From Macrostomum hystrix (Eukaryota; Animalia; Platyhelminthes): a stretch of DNA of 64,000 bases. This document shows, piece by piece, positions 37,990-50,639 of the stretch. The stretch lies in contig CATNEN010000003.1 in the NCBI GenBank assembly GCA_950097015.1, positions 14,260,001-14,324,000 of the forward strand, given 5' to 3'. Each line of letters starts with the position of its first letter. Within the stretch, counting starts at the first letter, position 1. The notes under the pieces are model-generated. The model did no database searches. It was given only the letters and a program-made list of their open reading frames with translations, and was not told the origin of the DNA. The position numbers were made by a program, and so were the translations under genes.

Positions 37990-38290
37990 AATTTCTATCC
38001 TAAAAGCTGAATAGTCTAACCACTTAACATTTCTGTCCCAAACCTAAATGCTGATTGGCCGATAAGTCCAGCCACTAAATATTTCTATGCCAAAGCTGAA
38101 TGCTCATTGGCTGATTAGCCCAACCATTTTCTATCCTAAGGCTGAATGCTCATTGGTTGATGAGTTCAATCACTTAAAATTTCTATCCTACAGCTGAATG
38201 CTCATTGGCCGACTAGTCTAACCACCACAAATTTCTACCCGAAAGCTGATTGCTAATTGGCAGATTTTTCCAACCACCACAAACGCCACC
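37990..38290. repeat. ~57-60-bp degenerate tandem (TTCTATCCTAAAGCTGAATGCTCATTGG..)
   Basis: ~5 copies in PDE intron 37869-38332. Confidence 0.85.
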
Positions 38291-38332
38291 CTAAATGCAT
38301 TATTAACTCAAATGAATAATCGATAATCGCAC

Positions 38333-38422
38333 CTGATTCCGTTTAGTCTCCAGTTGAGACTGCTTGTAAAGCTTGGCATTGCGAATTCCGATGCCGCAAA
38401 ACGTCAGAAAACGCTCGAATGT
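38333..38422 (-). CDS. PDE exon, GAF-A end and linker helix
   Basis: ttcag|ACA; TFERFLTFCGIGIRNAKLYKQSQLETKRNQ|gtgcga. Confidence 0.95.
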
Positions 38423-38514
38423 CTGAAAAAAAAGAAGTTAAAACCTTCAGTCAACCTTCTGTCTCTGGATCATGCAGTTATCGGTTAGAGGAGAAGCGAA
38501 AACGAGAGTACAAC

Positions 38515-38676
38515 CTTCTCATCCTTCTCCGTGAATGTCTCGCATTCGTCGCATTTTTTATTGACCGCCTGGGTGACGCCGATGACATCGCCGCGATGGT
38601 CCTTCACCGGCATGCACAGGACGCTGCGGGTTCTGTAGCCCGTGAGACGGTCCACCTCTCTGTTGAACCGACAGTC
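38515..38676 (-). CDS. PDE exon, GAF-A second half
   Basis: ctcag|GAC; [54 protein letters not shown]|gttgta; carries the GAF NK..F...DE motif. Confidence 0.95.
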
Positions 38677-38707
38677 CTGAGAATTTCACAGGTTCGTGGT
38701 GTTGGTG

Positions 38708-39308
38708 TGATGGCTACATACACATGCATGATGGCTACATACACATACATGATGGCTACATACACATACATGATGGCTACATACACATACATGATGGCTA
38801 CATACACATACATGATGGCTACATACACATACATGATGGCTACATACACATACATGATGGCTACATACACATACATGATGGCTACATACACATACATGAT
38901 GGCTACATACACATACATGATGGCTACATACACATACATGATGGCTACATACACATACATGATGGCTACATACACATACATGATGGCTACATACACATAC
39001 ATGATGGCTACATACACATACATGATGGCTACATACACATACATGATGGCTACATACACATACATGATGGCTACATACACATACATGATGGCTACATACA
39101 CATACATGATGGCTACATACACATACATGATGGCTACATACACATACATGATGGCTACATACACATACATGATGGCTACATACACATACATGATGGCTAC
39201 ATACACATACATGATGGCTACATACACATACATGATGGCTACATACACATACATGATGGCTACATACACATACATGATGGCTACATACACATACATGATG
39301 GCTACATA
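38708..39308. repeat. 21-bp minisatellite ATGATGGCTACATACACATAC
   Basis: ~28 near-perfect copies, ~30 nt from the 38676 acceptor. Confidence 0.98.
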
Positions 39309-39309
39309 T

Positions 39310-39670
39310 TTTCTCCATCTTCCCCTTATACTATTATCTTATCTCTCCCTCATCCATTCTAACTTCATATCTTCACTTCTTCTCTTCTCTCTGTTCCCTT
39401 CATCTCCTCTCTCTTCCCTTCATCTCATTTCTATGTTCCCTTCATCTCCTCTCTCTACTCCCATCATCTCCTCTCTCTACTCTCATCATCTCCTCTCTCT
39501 ACTCCCATCATCTCCTCTCTCTACTCTCATCATCTCCTCTCTCTGTTCCCTTCATCTCCTCTCTCTTCCCTTCATCTCATTTCTATGTTCCCTTCATCTC
39601 CTCTCTCTTCTTCCTTAAATTCCTTTATCTCTTCCCCCATCGCTCTGCTTCCCTACCCATTCTCCTTTCT
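39310..39670. repeat. CT-rich degenerate array (TCATCTCCTCTCTCT)
   Basis: Direct inspection. Confidence 0.85.
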
Positions 39671-40224
39671 ATCTTCGCTTGCCAAATAGCATCAGACTCA
39701 TGTTTCTCCATCTTGCACTGGAGTAGACTCATCTAGCAAAGTGCGAACCAATTTTTCCCCTAGCAATAATCGGTTTTTTAGCTTTTTCCCAATCTGTAAT
39801 CTGCGCGACTAGCGATGGATGAGCGACGAGGGAGTGAGAGAAATGACAGGAGAACAACACGGCATCTGACAAGACTACATAACCCACCATTCTGCAAAGA
39901 AAGTGCTAATATTCCTGGTTACTAGTGTGACAGTACGTAAATACTCATATATAGCATTTATGCATGCGTGTGTGCATATGCAGCACGGACTTGTCTTAGC
40001 CAGCTCACAGATCTAGTCTAGCATAGCTTAAGTATAGACTCAAGATGGCTTTGCTCAGCTCAACTGACATATGTTCAACTGCTCAGCTAATCTCATTGCT
40101 TCGGATTCGAGAAGCAGAACACTTGCCAACCCTATAGTGCCAGCGCTGGAATGCTTTTTTAATGTTTTCGCCTTTCCTAATCTTTTTAAAATTCACTTGC
40201 CCTGTTCCGTACCCATGAATATGC

Positions 40225-41088
40225 TCAATTCTACTCCGGTTACTCTCAATTCTAACCCCGTTCCTCTCAATTCTAACCCCATTCCTCTCAATTCTAACCC
40301 CGTTCCTCTCAATTCTAACCCCGTTCCTCTCAATTCTAACCCCGTTCCTCTCAATTCTAACCCCGTTCCTCTCAATTCTAACCCCGTTCCTCTCAATTCT
40401 ACCCCTGTTCGTCTCAATTCTACCCCTGTTTCTCTCAATTCTACCTCTGTTCGTCTCAATTCTACCCCTGTTTCTCTCAATTCTACCTCTGTTCGTCTCA
40501 ATTCTACCCCTGTTTCTCTCAATTCTAACCCCGTTCCTCTCAATTCTAACCCTGTTCGTCTCAATTCTACCCCGTTCCTCTCAATTCTACGAGTAACCCT
40601 GATCGTCTAAATTCTACCCCTGATCGTCTCAATTCTACCCCTGTTCGTCTCAATTCTAACCCTGTTCGTCTCAATTCTACCCCTGTTCGTCTCAATTCTA
40701 CCCCTGATCGTCTCAATTCTACCCCTGTTTCTCTCAATTCTACCCCTGATCGTCTCAATTCTACCCATGTTCGTCTCAATTCTAACCCTGTTCGTCTCAA
40801 TTCTACCAGTGTTCCTCTTAATTCTACCCACTTCCTCTCAATTCTACCCCTGTTTCTCTCCATTCTACCAGTGTTCCTCTCAAATCTACCCCTGTTTCTC
40901 TCAATTCTACCAGTGTTCCTCTCAATTCTACCAGTGTTTCTCTCAATTCTACCACTGCTTCTCTCAATTCTACCCCTGATCGTCTCAATTCTACCCCTGT
41001 TCGTCTCAATTATACCCCTGTTCGTCTCAATTCTACCACTGCTTCTCTCAATTCTACCCCTGTGCCTCTTAATTCTACCCCTGTTCCT
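40225..41088. repeat. 21-bp minisatellite CTCAATTCTACCCCTGTTCGT
   Basis: ~41 copies. Confidence 0.96.
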
Positions 41089-42135
41089 TCAAACTAATAC
41101 CCCTATTCCAATTAATCATCACTTAACTGGTAATTAAATAGCAAAATGTCACAACTAACTCTGAAACTATAAAGAACACTTCACTTTCAGTATCCCCTAA
41201 AAGTCCATTCAGCTCGCCATTTAGCCTAGCAAAGCCCTCTAGGCACTTATACACAGGCTAACAACCAATATATGGGCTGAAAATTGTGGAGAATTAGAGA
41301 TGGATAGGCTGTGCAGGGTGGAGCCAGAGGCAAGCAGTCAGTCCTTTGCCAAATGATTAAGCTGCTGCAATATATGTAATTACAGGCGAGTATCATATTG
41401 ACTTTACTGTACAGCTAGGAACTAGGTATAGTACAGCAGACTATATTTCATGTTCATTGCCTGCATAGCTATAGCTAACTAATGCTATAATAAGCATTAG
41501 TTAGCTTAATTGAACAATAGGAGTTTAACGAATAAAGAATTTTTTCTGAAATCTAGCAACAATAAAATAGTATTATTTTATAAGAGTTTAAGTCCTTAAT
41601 TGATGAGATTTTAAAACAAAACGCTTTGAGATCAGGATAATTAGACCGTGATTTATGAGGAAATTAAAAATCTTTCTCAAATTTGTGAGCTCTAACAATA
41701 CTGTTTCAAATACCCACATATTTATTTTTTCTGTACCTGCCGCTCTATTCCTATTAAATAACTTCCAAATATGGATTCACAATAGAGGTTTATGCAGAAC
41801 AATGTAAGTTTTATTTGTCACAAGTCGTGACAAATCGTGACGAGTTTTTAAATATCCCGTGGTGTTTCTACTGTAAAAATAGTCAAATCTTTTTTTTTCG
41901 CAAATTTTCAATAGCTCGAGAGGCAAAAATTAAAATCAAAACCCGGCACGCTGAAGGTGTCAGATTTCTCAGAAATCAGTAAATCGTCAACCCAGCATCC
42001 TTAAGTAGCGAGCGAAAGCAGGCTTTTATTAGATAGATAAAGTGGTGAAGCATCTACGAGCGTACTAATCTGTAAGTAATTTAATCTTTCTGCAGAATTT
42101 CAAGTCAGCAGATTAGCTTCCAACTCTTAACTGGC

Positions 42136-42149
42136 GTTGCCATGGCAAC
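42136..42149. promoter_or_regulatory. Perfect palindromic RFX X-box GTTGCCATGGCAAC
   Basis: Exact 14-bp match to the canonical X-box, in the first coding intron of the PDE gene. Confidence 0.6.
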
Positions 42150-42191
42150 GAGTTTTTGTAGCGAAAATTGTAATTCCCTAATTTTAAAATT

Positions 42192-42372
42192 GTGGGATCT
42201 CTCTTGAGGATGTGGGATCTCTCTTTAGGATGTGGGATCTCTCTTGAGGATTTGGGATCTCTCTTGAGGATGTGGGATCCCTCTTGAGGATGTGGGATCT
42301 CTCTTGAGGATGTGGGATCTCTCTTGAGGATGTGGGATCTCTCTTGAGGATGTGGGATCTCTCTTGAGGATG
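42192..42372. repeat. 20-bp array TGTGGGATCTCTCTTGAGGA
   Basis: 9 copies. Confidence 0.96.
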
Positions 42373-42447
42373 CTATGGATACGTTTGATATGTCTGCTGT
42401 GGATTTTTGATAATTGGATAAAGTATATTCTTGCTATTGTTGTCTAA

Positions 42448-42576
42448 TCATTTGGTAACAATCGATTCGCAGCCAGAAACGAGGCAGTTCTGCCCATTCC
42501 GCTGACTCCTTAGCACACACGCACACAGATATTGTACGCAGGCACGCAGAATCGAGCTCAGCTCAGGGACCTTGGT
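42448..42576 (-). mobile_element. Internally deleted second copy of SINE family 2
   Basis: Aligns with 32161-32262 and 32390-32416, lacking ~130 nt between them; lies ~18 nt from the donor of the first PDE coding exon. Confidence 0.75.
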
Positions 42577-42594
42577 CCTTGAGTGAATGCTCAC

Positions 42595-43509
42595 CTTATA
42601 AGCGTCTTCGATTCTAGTCGGCATTCCAGTGACGGCCACATTGCCCACAATGCCCTGTCCCAGTGGTATCCTAATCGTACTCCGATTGGCCAACGCAGCC
42701 TCAAGCGAGCTGTCCACGGTTACGTCAAACAAACTGCTGACTAACTCGACTGTGTCAGCTGCAGTGGCGCCTGACGAGTTTGTAGTCGACTCGACCAGAA
42801 ACAGCGAGCACCTGTCGGCGTTGATTAAATAGCAGACATTTCGCAGAATCTTGTGACAGAGCACACTGACGTCCAGCTCGTAGAAGATGTCACGAACAAG
42901 TTCGCCGATGATGTCCTCCTCGATTGTGGCCGCCTTGTCCAGATCGTGATGAGACGCCGACGAAGGTGGCGCCATTCCGGCGATCGCCGAGGCGTTGGTC
43001 GTCGACGCGGATGTTGTGGTCTCGCCGGAGACGCTTCTGGGCAAGCTGGACGTTGCTGTCGCTTGTAGCAGCTGCTGCTGACTATGTTCAACGATGAACG
43101 AAGCTGAGCCGTCGTGAAATTTGCTGAGTATCGGCGACGACGGCTGATTGCGGTCCAGATAAGTCAGTTCGCTGGAGATCTTCCTGATGGCGGTGCTCGT
43201 GCAGCTGGAGCTTCTGCGAATAGCCTGGCCAAACAGCGGACTGCCTGACGGTGTCTCGCTGGCCAAAGTCGAGTCCCGATTCGGCAGCGGATGTCGGTGC
43301 CCGCAGTCCGTGGTAGTCGTTGAATTCACCCTGCGGTATAGCCAGTTGTCGACTAGTTTTCTGGAAGCTTTCCGGTAGAAATAGTCTTCGAAGAACTCCG
43401 GGTGACCCTCTAGCCAGGCCTCCACGGAACACTCGTCCAGTTTGGCATTCGCCAACGACGATGGCTCCTGCTGATGCACCGAGGTCTTCGGAGACCTGCG
43501 ATTCTCCAT
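42595..43509 (-). CDS. PDE5/PDE11-like cGMP phosphodiesterase, first coding exon (N-terminal region and first half of GAF-A)
   Basis: ATG 43509 directly after in-frame TGA; VEAWLEGHPEFFEDYFYRKASRKLVDNWL (PDE5/11 N-terminal motif), RKIS, ELDVSVLCHKILRNVCYLINADRCSLFLV, GQGIVGNVAVTG..IEDAYK|gtgagc. Confidence 0.95.
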
Positions 43510-43524
43510 TCAACTGACGGCTGC

Positions 43525-44126
43525 TTGATAATCAATTAGAGATGAGGCTTCAGTCACAGACTCTGGATTGATAATCAATTAGAGATGAGGCTTCAGTCAC
43601 AGACTCTGGATTGATAATCAATTAGAGATGAGGCTTCAGTCACAGACTCTGGATTGATAATCAATTAGAGATGAGGCTTCAGTCACAGACTCTGGATTGA
43701 TAATCAATTAGAGATGAGGCTTCAGTCACAGACTCTGGATTGATAATCAATTAGAGATGAGGCTTCAGTCACAGACTCTGGATTGATAATCAATTAGAGA
43801 TGAGGCTTCAGTCACAGACTCTGGATTGATAATCAATTAGAGATGAGGCTTCAGTCACAGACTCTGGATTGATAATCAATTAGAGATGAGGCTTCAGTCA
43901 CAGACTCTGGATTGATAATCAATTAGAGATGAGGCTTCAGTCACAGACTCTGGATTGATAATCAATTAGAGATGAGGCTTCAGTCACAGACTCTGGATTG
44001 ATAATCAATTAGAGATGAGGCTTCAGTCACAGACTCTGGATTGATAATCAATTAGAGATGAGGCTTCAGTCACAGACTCTGGATTGATAATCAATTAGAG
44101 ATGAGGCTTCAGTCACAGACTCTGGA
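43525..44126. repeat. 43-bp tandem TTGATAATCAATTAGAGATGAGGCTTCAGTCACAGACTCTGGA x14
   Basis: 602 nt = 14 x 43, identical copies by eye, abutting the acceptor before the PDE ATG. Confidence 0.98.
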
Positions 44127-44859
44127 CAGTTGATGCGACCATTTCATTGTGCGCGACCAGACTGCAATAAGATTGAATGAGTTTGTCCTTTTGTTATACT
44201 CATTGTTTGTCGGTTTATTAACGACAGAAGATCGTTGTAAAGATTCCGTTATTAACATTGACATTTTGTGAGCTAAAAAGTGATGTCTACGAGTGATGTC
44301 TCGTATATAGGTGGTTTTTGCCACAAGACAGCCCGACGGAATCGTTGAATATCTATAGACGATGCCGATGTCGGTGCCCGATAAGGTTTTTTTATTCTAA
44401 ATTATCAACGAATATTTAATTAAAGTTTCATTGATTTAAAACTACGAGTAAGTGTACGAGCACATACGAGCACATAAGTGCATGATTTACGAATTGTATA
44501 GTTCTGTTTTATTTATTCTACTCAATCTAAAAATAGTCACTGGAGACCATTAATCAACTACATTTACCGTACTAAATATTCAGCTAAATGATCATTTCTA
44601 AAACACTTTAGGATTTCAGATACAAAATAGAGTTGCTAGGCTATTTTTTGTTTGCTGATTCTCTAAACAAGACAAAACTTTGCTACTTTATAACTGTGAG
44701 ATTTTAGAAACTTCAAGTTAGAATAGAAATACTTATTAATCCAATAAGCTGCCTTTATGTATCGATTGCCTAAGTTGTTCTTAGGTTAGCTATTAGTTGT
44801 CGGCAATTTGTAACAATGACTTTCGCCTAAAACTAGACACGTAAAGGAGAACGACAAAA

Positions 44860-45070
44860 AGAGAGATAAGAGAGAGATAGAGGGAGAGACGGAGAGAGGG
44901 ATGGAGGGAGAGACGGAGAGAGGGATGGAGGGAGAGACGGAGAGAGGGATGAAGGGAGAGACGGAGAGAGGGATGGAGGGAGAGAGGGAGAGACGGAGAG
45001 GGGAAGAGAGGGAGAGACGGAGAGAGGTCTAGAGGTCTAGAGGGAGAAAGTGAGGGAGCGAGGGAGAGGT
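44860..45070. repeat. GA-rich array (GGAGAGAGGGATGGAGGGAGAGAC)
   Basis: Direct inspection. Confidence 0.9.
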
Positions 45071-45511
45071 AGTGCAGTATTTAGAATGTGATCGGGTAGC
45101 AGAGGATAATAGAGATAGGGAAGTATGACAGTGTGGAGATAAACTAGCAAACAAATCATTACAGAGCAGATAAAGGTAACTTTAATGCTCAAAACAGTCA
45201 ACTGATGCCGCGCAAAATCCTAACCAATATCCTTCCGCAACGAAAGACAAAATATTTTTTGACACAAAATATCAGTCCGAAGTCAATCTTATATTGCCAC
45301 CCTTTACATAGTGTCTTTGAGATACCCTATGCTTCTTTTGATGAAATTGAAACTAAATTGTAGCAGAGCTTGAGTCAATGTAAGGGAAAAATTGTATCGT
45401 ATTTCTGTCATGACAATCTTGTTGACTTGTAGATCTTGCAAAGACCAATGCTTTGGGGAGAACCATTATTTACCATTTATGGGAGATAGATTTTTAGTTA
45501 CCATGTCGACA

Positions 45512-48456
45512 ACATTGTGGGTGTCTGAGGGTTAGTAGCTACAGAAGACATTGTGGGTGTCTGTGGGATAGTAGCTACAGAAGACATTGTGGGTGTCTGT
45601 GGGTTAGTAGCTACAGAAGACATTGTGGGTGTCTGTGGGTTAGTAGCTACAGAGACATTGTGGGTTAGTAGCTACAGAAGACATTGTGGGTGTCTGTGGG
45701 TTAGTAGCTACAGAGACATTGTGGGTTAGTAGCTACAGAAGACATTGTGGGTGTCTATGGGTTAGTAGCTACAGAAGACATTGTGGGTGTCTATGGGTTA
45801 GTAGCTACAGAGACATTGTGGGTTAGTAGCTACAGAGACATTGTGGGTGTCTATGGGTTAGTAGCTACAGAAGACATTGTGGGTGTCTGTGGGTTAGTAG
45901 CTACAGAAGACATTGTGGGTGTCTGTGGGTTAGTAGCTACAGAAGACATTGTGAGTGTCTGTGGGTTAGTAGCTACAGAAGACATTGTGGGTGTCTGTGG
46001 GTTAGTAGCTACAGAGACATTGTGGGTTAGTAGCTACAGAAGACATTGTGGGTTAGTAGCTACAGAAGACATTGTGGGTGTCTGTGGGTTAGTAGCTACA
46101 GAGACATTGTGGGTGTCTGTGGGTTAGTAGCTACAGAGACATTGTGGGTGTCTGTGGGTTAGTAGCTACAGAAGACATTGTGAGTGTCTGTGGGTTAGTA
46201 GCTACAGAAGACATTGTGGGTGTCTGTGGGTTAGTAGCTACAGAAGACATTGTGGGTGTCTGTGGGTTAGTAGCTACAGAAGACATTGTGGGTGTCTGTG
46301 GGTTAGTAGCTACAGAGACATTGTGGGTTAGTAGCTACAGAAGACATTGTGGGTGTCTGTGGGTTAGTAGCTACAGAAGACATTGTGGGTGTCTGTGGGT
46401 TAGTAGCTACAGAAGACATTGTGGGTGTCTGTGGGTTAGTAGCTACAGAAGACATTGTGAGTGTCTGTGGGTTAGTAGCTACAGAAGACATTGTGGGTGT
46501 CTGTGGGTTAGTAGCTACAGAAGACATTGTGAGTGTCTGTGGGTTAGTAGCTACAGAAGACATTGTGGGTGTCTGTGGGTTAGTAGCTACAGAAGACATT
46601 GTGAGTGTCTGTGGGTTAGTAGCTACAGAAGACATTGTGGGTGTCTGTGGGTTAGTAGCTACAGAAGACATTGTGGGTGTCTGTGGGTTAGTAGCTACAG
46701 AGACATTGTGGGTTAGTAGCTACAGAAGACATTGTGGGTGTCTGTGGGTTAGTAGCTACAGAAGACATTGTGGGTGTCTGTGGGTTAGTAGCTACAGAAG
46801 ACATTGTGGGTGTCTGTGGGTTAGTAGCTACAGAGACATTGTGGGTTAGTAGCTACAGAAGACATTGTGGGTGTCTGTGGGTTAGTAGCTACAGAAGACA
46901 TTGTGGGTGTCTGTGGGTTAGTAGCTACAGAAGACATTGTGAGTGTCTGTGGGTTAGTAGCTACAGAGACATTGTGGGTTAGTAGCTACAGAAGACATTG
47001 TGGGTTAGTAGCTACAGAAGACATTGTGGGTGTCTGTGGGTTAGTAGCTACAGAGACATTGTGGGTGTCTGTGGGTTAGTAGCTACAGAGACATTGTGGG
47101 TGTCTGTGGGTTAGTAGCTACAGAAGACATTGTGAGTGTCTGTGGGTTAGTAGCTACAGAAGACATTGTGGGTGTCTGTGGGTTAGTAGCTACAGAAGAC
47201 ATTGTGGGTGTCTGTGGGTTAGTAGCTACAGAAGACATTGTGGGTGTCTGTGGGTTAGTAGCTACAGAGACATTGTGGGTTAGTAGCTACAGAAGACATT
47301 GTGGGTGTCTGTGGGTTAGTAGCTACAGAAGACATTGTGGGTGTCTGTGGGTTAGTAGCTACAGAAGACATTGTGAGTGTCTGTGGGTTAGTAGCTACAG
47401 AAGACATTGTGGGTGTCTGTGGGTTAGTAGCTACAGAAGACATTGTGGGTGTCTGTGGGTTAGTAGCTACAGAAGACATTGTGGGTGTCTGTGGGTTAGT
47501 AGCTACAGAAGACATTGTGAGTGTCTGTGGGTTAGTAGCTACAGAAGACATTGTGGGTGTCTGTGGGTTAGTAGCTACAGAAGACATTGTGGGTGTCTGT
47601 GGGTTAGTAGCTACAGAGACATTGTGGGTTAGTAGCTACAGAAGACATTGTGGGTGTCTGTGGGTTAGTAGCTACAGAAGACATTGTGAGTGTCTGTGGG
47701 TTAGTAGCTACAGAGACATTGTGGGTTAGTAGCTACAGAAGACATTGTGGGTGTCTGTGGGTTAGTAGCTACAGAAGACATTGTGGGTGTCTGTGGGTGT
47801 CTGTGGGTTAGTAGCTACAGAAGACATTGTGAGTGTCTGTGGGTTAGTAGCTACAGAGACATTGTGGGTTAGTAGCTACAGAAGACATTGTGGGTGTCTG
47901 TGGGTTAGTAGCTACAGAAGACATTGTGGGTGTCTGTGGGTTAGTAGCTACAGAAGACATTGTGAGTGTCTGTGGGTTTGTAGCTACAGAAGACATTGTG
48001 GGTGTCTGTGGGTTAGTAGCTACAGAGACATTGTGGGTTAGTAGCTACAGAAGACATTGTGGGTGTCTGTGGGTTAGTAGCTACAGAAGACATTGTGAGT
48101 GTCTGTGGGGTAGTAGCTACAGAAGACATTGTGGGTGTCTGTGGGTTAGTAGCTACAGAAGACATTGTGAGTGTCTGTGGGTTAGTAGCTACAGAAGACA
48201 TTGTGAGTGTCTGTAGGTTAGTAGCTACAGAAGACATTGTGGGTGTCTGTGGGTTAGTAGCTACAGAAGACATTGTGTGTGTCTGTGGGTTAGTAGCTAC
48301 AGAAGACATTGTGGGTGTCTGTAGGTTAGTAGCTACAGAAGACATTGTGGGTGTCTGTAGGTTAGTAGCTACAGAAGACATTGTGAGTGTCTGTGGGTTA
48401 GTAGCTACAGAAGAAATTGTGAGTGTCTGTGGGTTAGTACCTACAGAAGACATTGT
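45512..48456. repeat. 36-bp minisatellite GACATTGTGGGTGTCTGTGGGTTAGTAGCTACAGAA with 25/26-bp deletion variants
   Basis: ~2.9 kb, the largest array in the window. Confidence 0.98.
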
Positions 48457-49169
48457 AAATGTCTATTGACAGGTAAACGTTATCTACAATAATCCTATTC
48501 AGAGTTGGTATTCCATTCAGAAAAGGTCATTGAGTCTTATCTGCTCAAGCAGCAATGACCCAGTTAAGTAGTTCCTAAATAATACTGGCGACACTTCCTC
48601 AACTATCGTCCTCTCCCTCTCTTCCTCTTTCCCTTCTAATCCCCTGACCACCCGTTCACTTCGAGATGGGGCGAAAAGATCGGTTGCATTATAAGGCCTA
48701 ATCCCACTGAACCTATCCCCCGGCGGAGATGAGGAAATTGTGAATCGCGTTGGCAATCGATGGTGCCAACCCCATGAAGCCATGCTTAACCAGCTGTATC
48801 AGAATAACTTGCCAGGACTATTAGTATGTGAACGAGTGTTGGACCAACCCATAGGATTATGAATTTTTTGTATAATATTTTCCCATACTTTTTCCCCGAC
48901 TCATTGGGATCGATTTCTATATTTGTTTAGTGCATTCTCTTTCACTCTCTCGCAATATATACTCGTAGGTCCTATATATATATGTATACTCTACATGTTG
49001 TGAGGTAAAAGAAAAGTATATATATTTGGGTGCATTCAAAAGTGCAACAGTAGACGTCTTAAGGTGTCTTTCGGGTAGGAACAGAAGAAGCCGTAAGGGA
49101 AGACTGTTTAATGGTGTCTTATGGCTCCAATAAGACAGTGTGAGAAGGGCAGTGTGAGGGAAAATCAGC

Positions 49170-49967
49170 ACTAGGGTCGATGATTTTAGGGTGTCTATGG
49201 CATTATGGTAGATGATTTCAGGGTGTCTATGGCATTAGGGTAGATGATTTCAGGGTGTCTATGGCATTATGGTAGATGATTTCAGGGTGTCTATGGCATT
49301 ATGGTAGATGATTTCAGCGTGTCTATGGCATTAGAGTAGATGATTATGGTAGATGATTTCAGCGTGTCTATGGCATTAGGGTAGATGATTTCAGGGTGTC
49401 TATGGCATTATGGTAGATGATTTCAGGGTGTCTATGGCATTATGGTAGATGATTTCAGCGTGTCTATGGCATTAGAGTAGATGATTATGGTAGATGATTT
49501 CAGCGTGTCTATGGCATTAGAGTAGATGATTATGGTAGATGATTTCAGCGTGTCTATGGCATTAGGGTAGATTATTTCAGGGTGTCTATGGCATTAGAGT
49601 AGATGATTTCAGGGTGTCTATGGCACTAGGGTCGATGATTTTAGGGTGTCTATGGTATTATGGTAGATGATTTCAGGGTGTCTATGGCACTAGGGTCGAT
49701 GATTTTAGGGTGTCTATGGCATTAGGGTAGATGATTTCAGGGTGTCTATGGCATTAGGGTAGATGATTTCAGGGTGTCTATGGCATTAGGGTAGATGATT
49801 TCAGGGTGTCTATGGCATTAGGGTAGATGATTTCAGGGTGTCTATGGCATTAGGGTAGATGATTTCAGGGTGTCTATGGCATTAGGGTAGATGATTTCAG
49901 GGTGTCTATGGCATTAGGGTAGATGATTTCAGGGTGTCTATGGCATTAGGGTAGATGATTTCAGGGT
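49170..49967. repeat. 32-bp minisatellite GGCATTAGGGTAGATGATTTCAGGGTGTCTAT
   Basis: ~25 copies. Confidence 0.97.
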
Positions 49968-50639
49968 TTCGATCCGATAGGGGGTACGATTTTGTTAGGT
50001 GTCTATAGTTTTGGGGTAAGACTAAGGGTGTCTATGGTCGTTGGAGACTATAGGGTGTTTAAAGCTTTGATGTTTTGTGATTGTATTTCGTCTATGGCTT
50101 TGAGATAGGTAACTGTAGATGTCTATGGCTTTCGGGTGTGTGATAGTTAGGGTTTCCATTGATAAAATAGAAATGGTATTGCAGTACTCACTTTTTGATT
50201 ACTTGTGAAGCTTATTAAAATTCGCTCGTGATCTTTCAATACTGGCTTATACAATGCGGGTGCAGGTGCCACTGCGTTATGGGGAATTTGTTCGGGAATT
50301 CCTTTATATGCTGTCTTTTTAGGGACACAGAGAGAGAGGAATGGGGAGGTTTGAGGAGGAGGTGGGTAAACGGGGGAAGATTCCCCCCCCCCCGAGCGTT
50401 GGATATGCTACTAGGGGCAGGCATGAGTGAGTGTGGGAGAGGGTTGGGTGGAGAAGGGCAGTGTGAGGGATAATATATAGACTTGTTCGGTGCAGCCATT
50501 GCATATAAGGCTTCTATTTTCCCGTCTCTACCTCTCCCTCCTTCATTTCCCGTTATACGACCACCTCGACCCCAAAAAACCTCCAAAAACACACCGACAT
50601 GGAAAAAGAGAGAGAGAGAGATTAAAAATGCAAAGGGAA

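Noticed and set aside
38419-39618. 399-aa plus-strand ORF (MMATYTY repeats)
   Set aside because: Antisense to PDE exons plus a 21-bp array.
42448-42594. C-terminal 48 aa of the 353-aa ORF as real protein
   Set aside because: Read-through past the AAG|gtgagc donor into a SINE fragment; GAF-A continues at 38676.
45512-48469. Regular 36-bp repeats as a CRISPR array (also the 41- and 43-bp arrays)
   Set aside because: Head-to-tail units with no unique spacers, no cas genes, eukaryotic intronic context.
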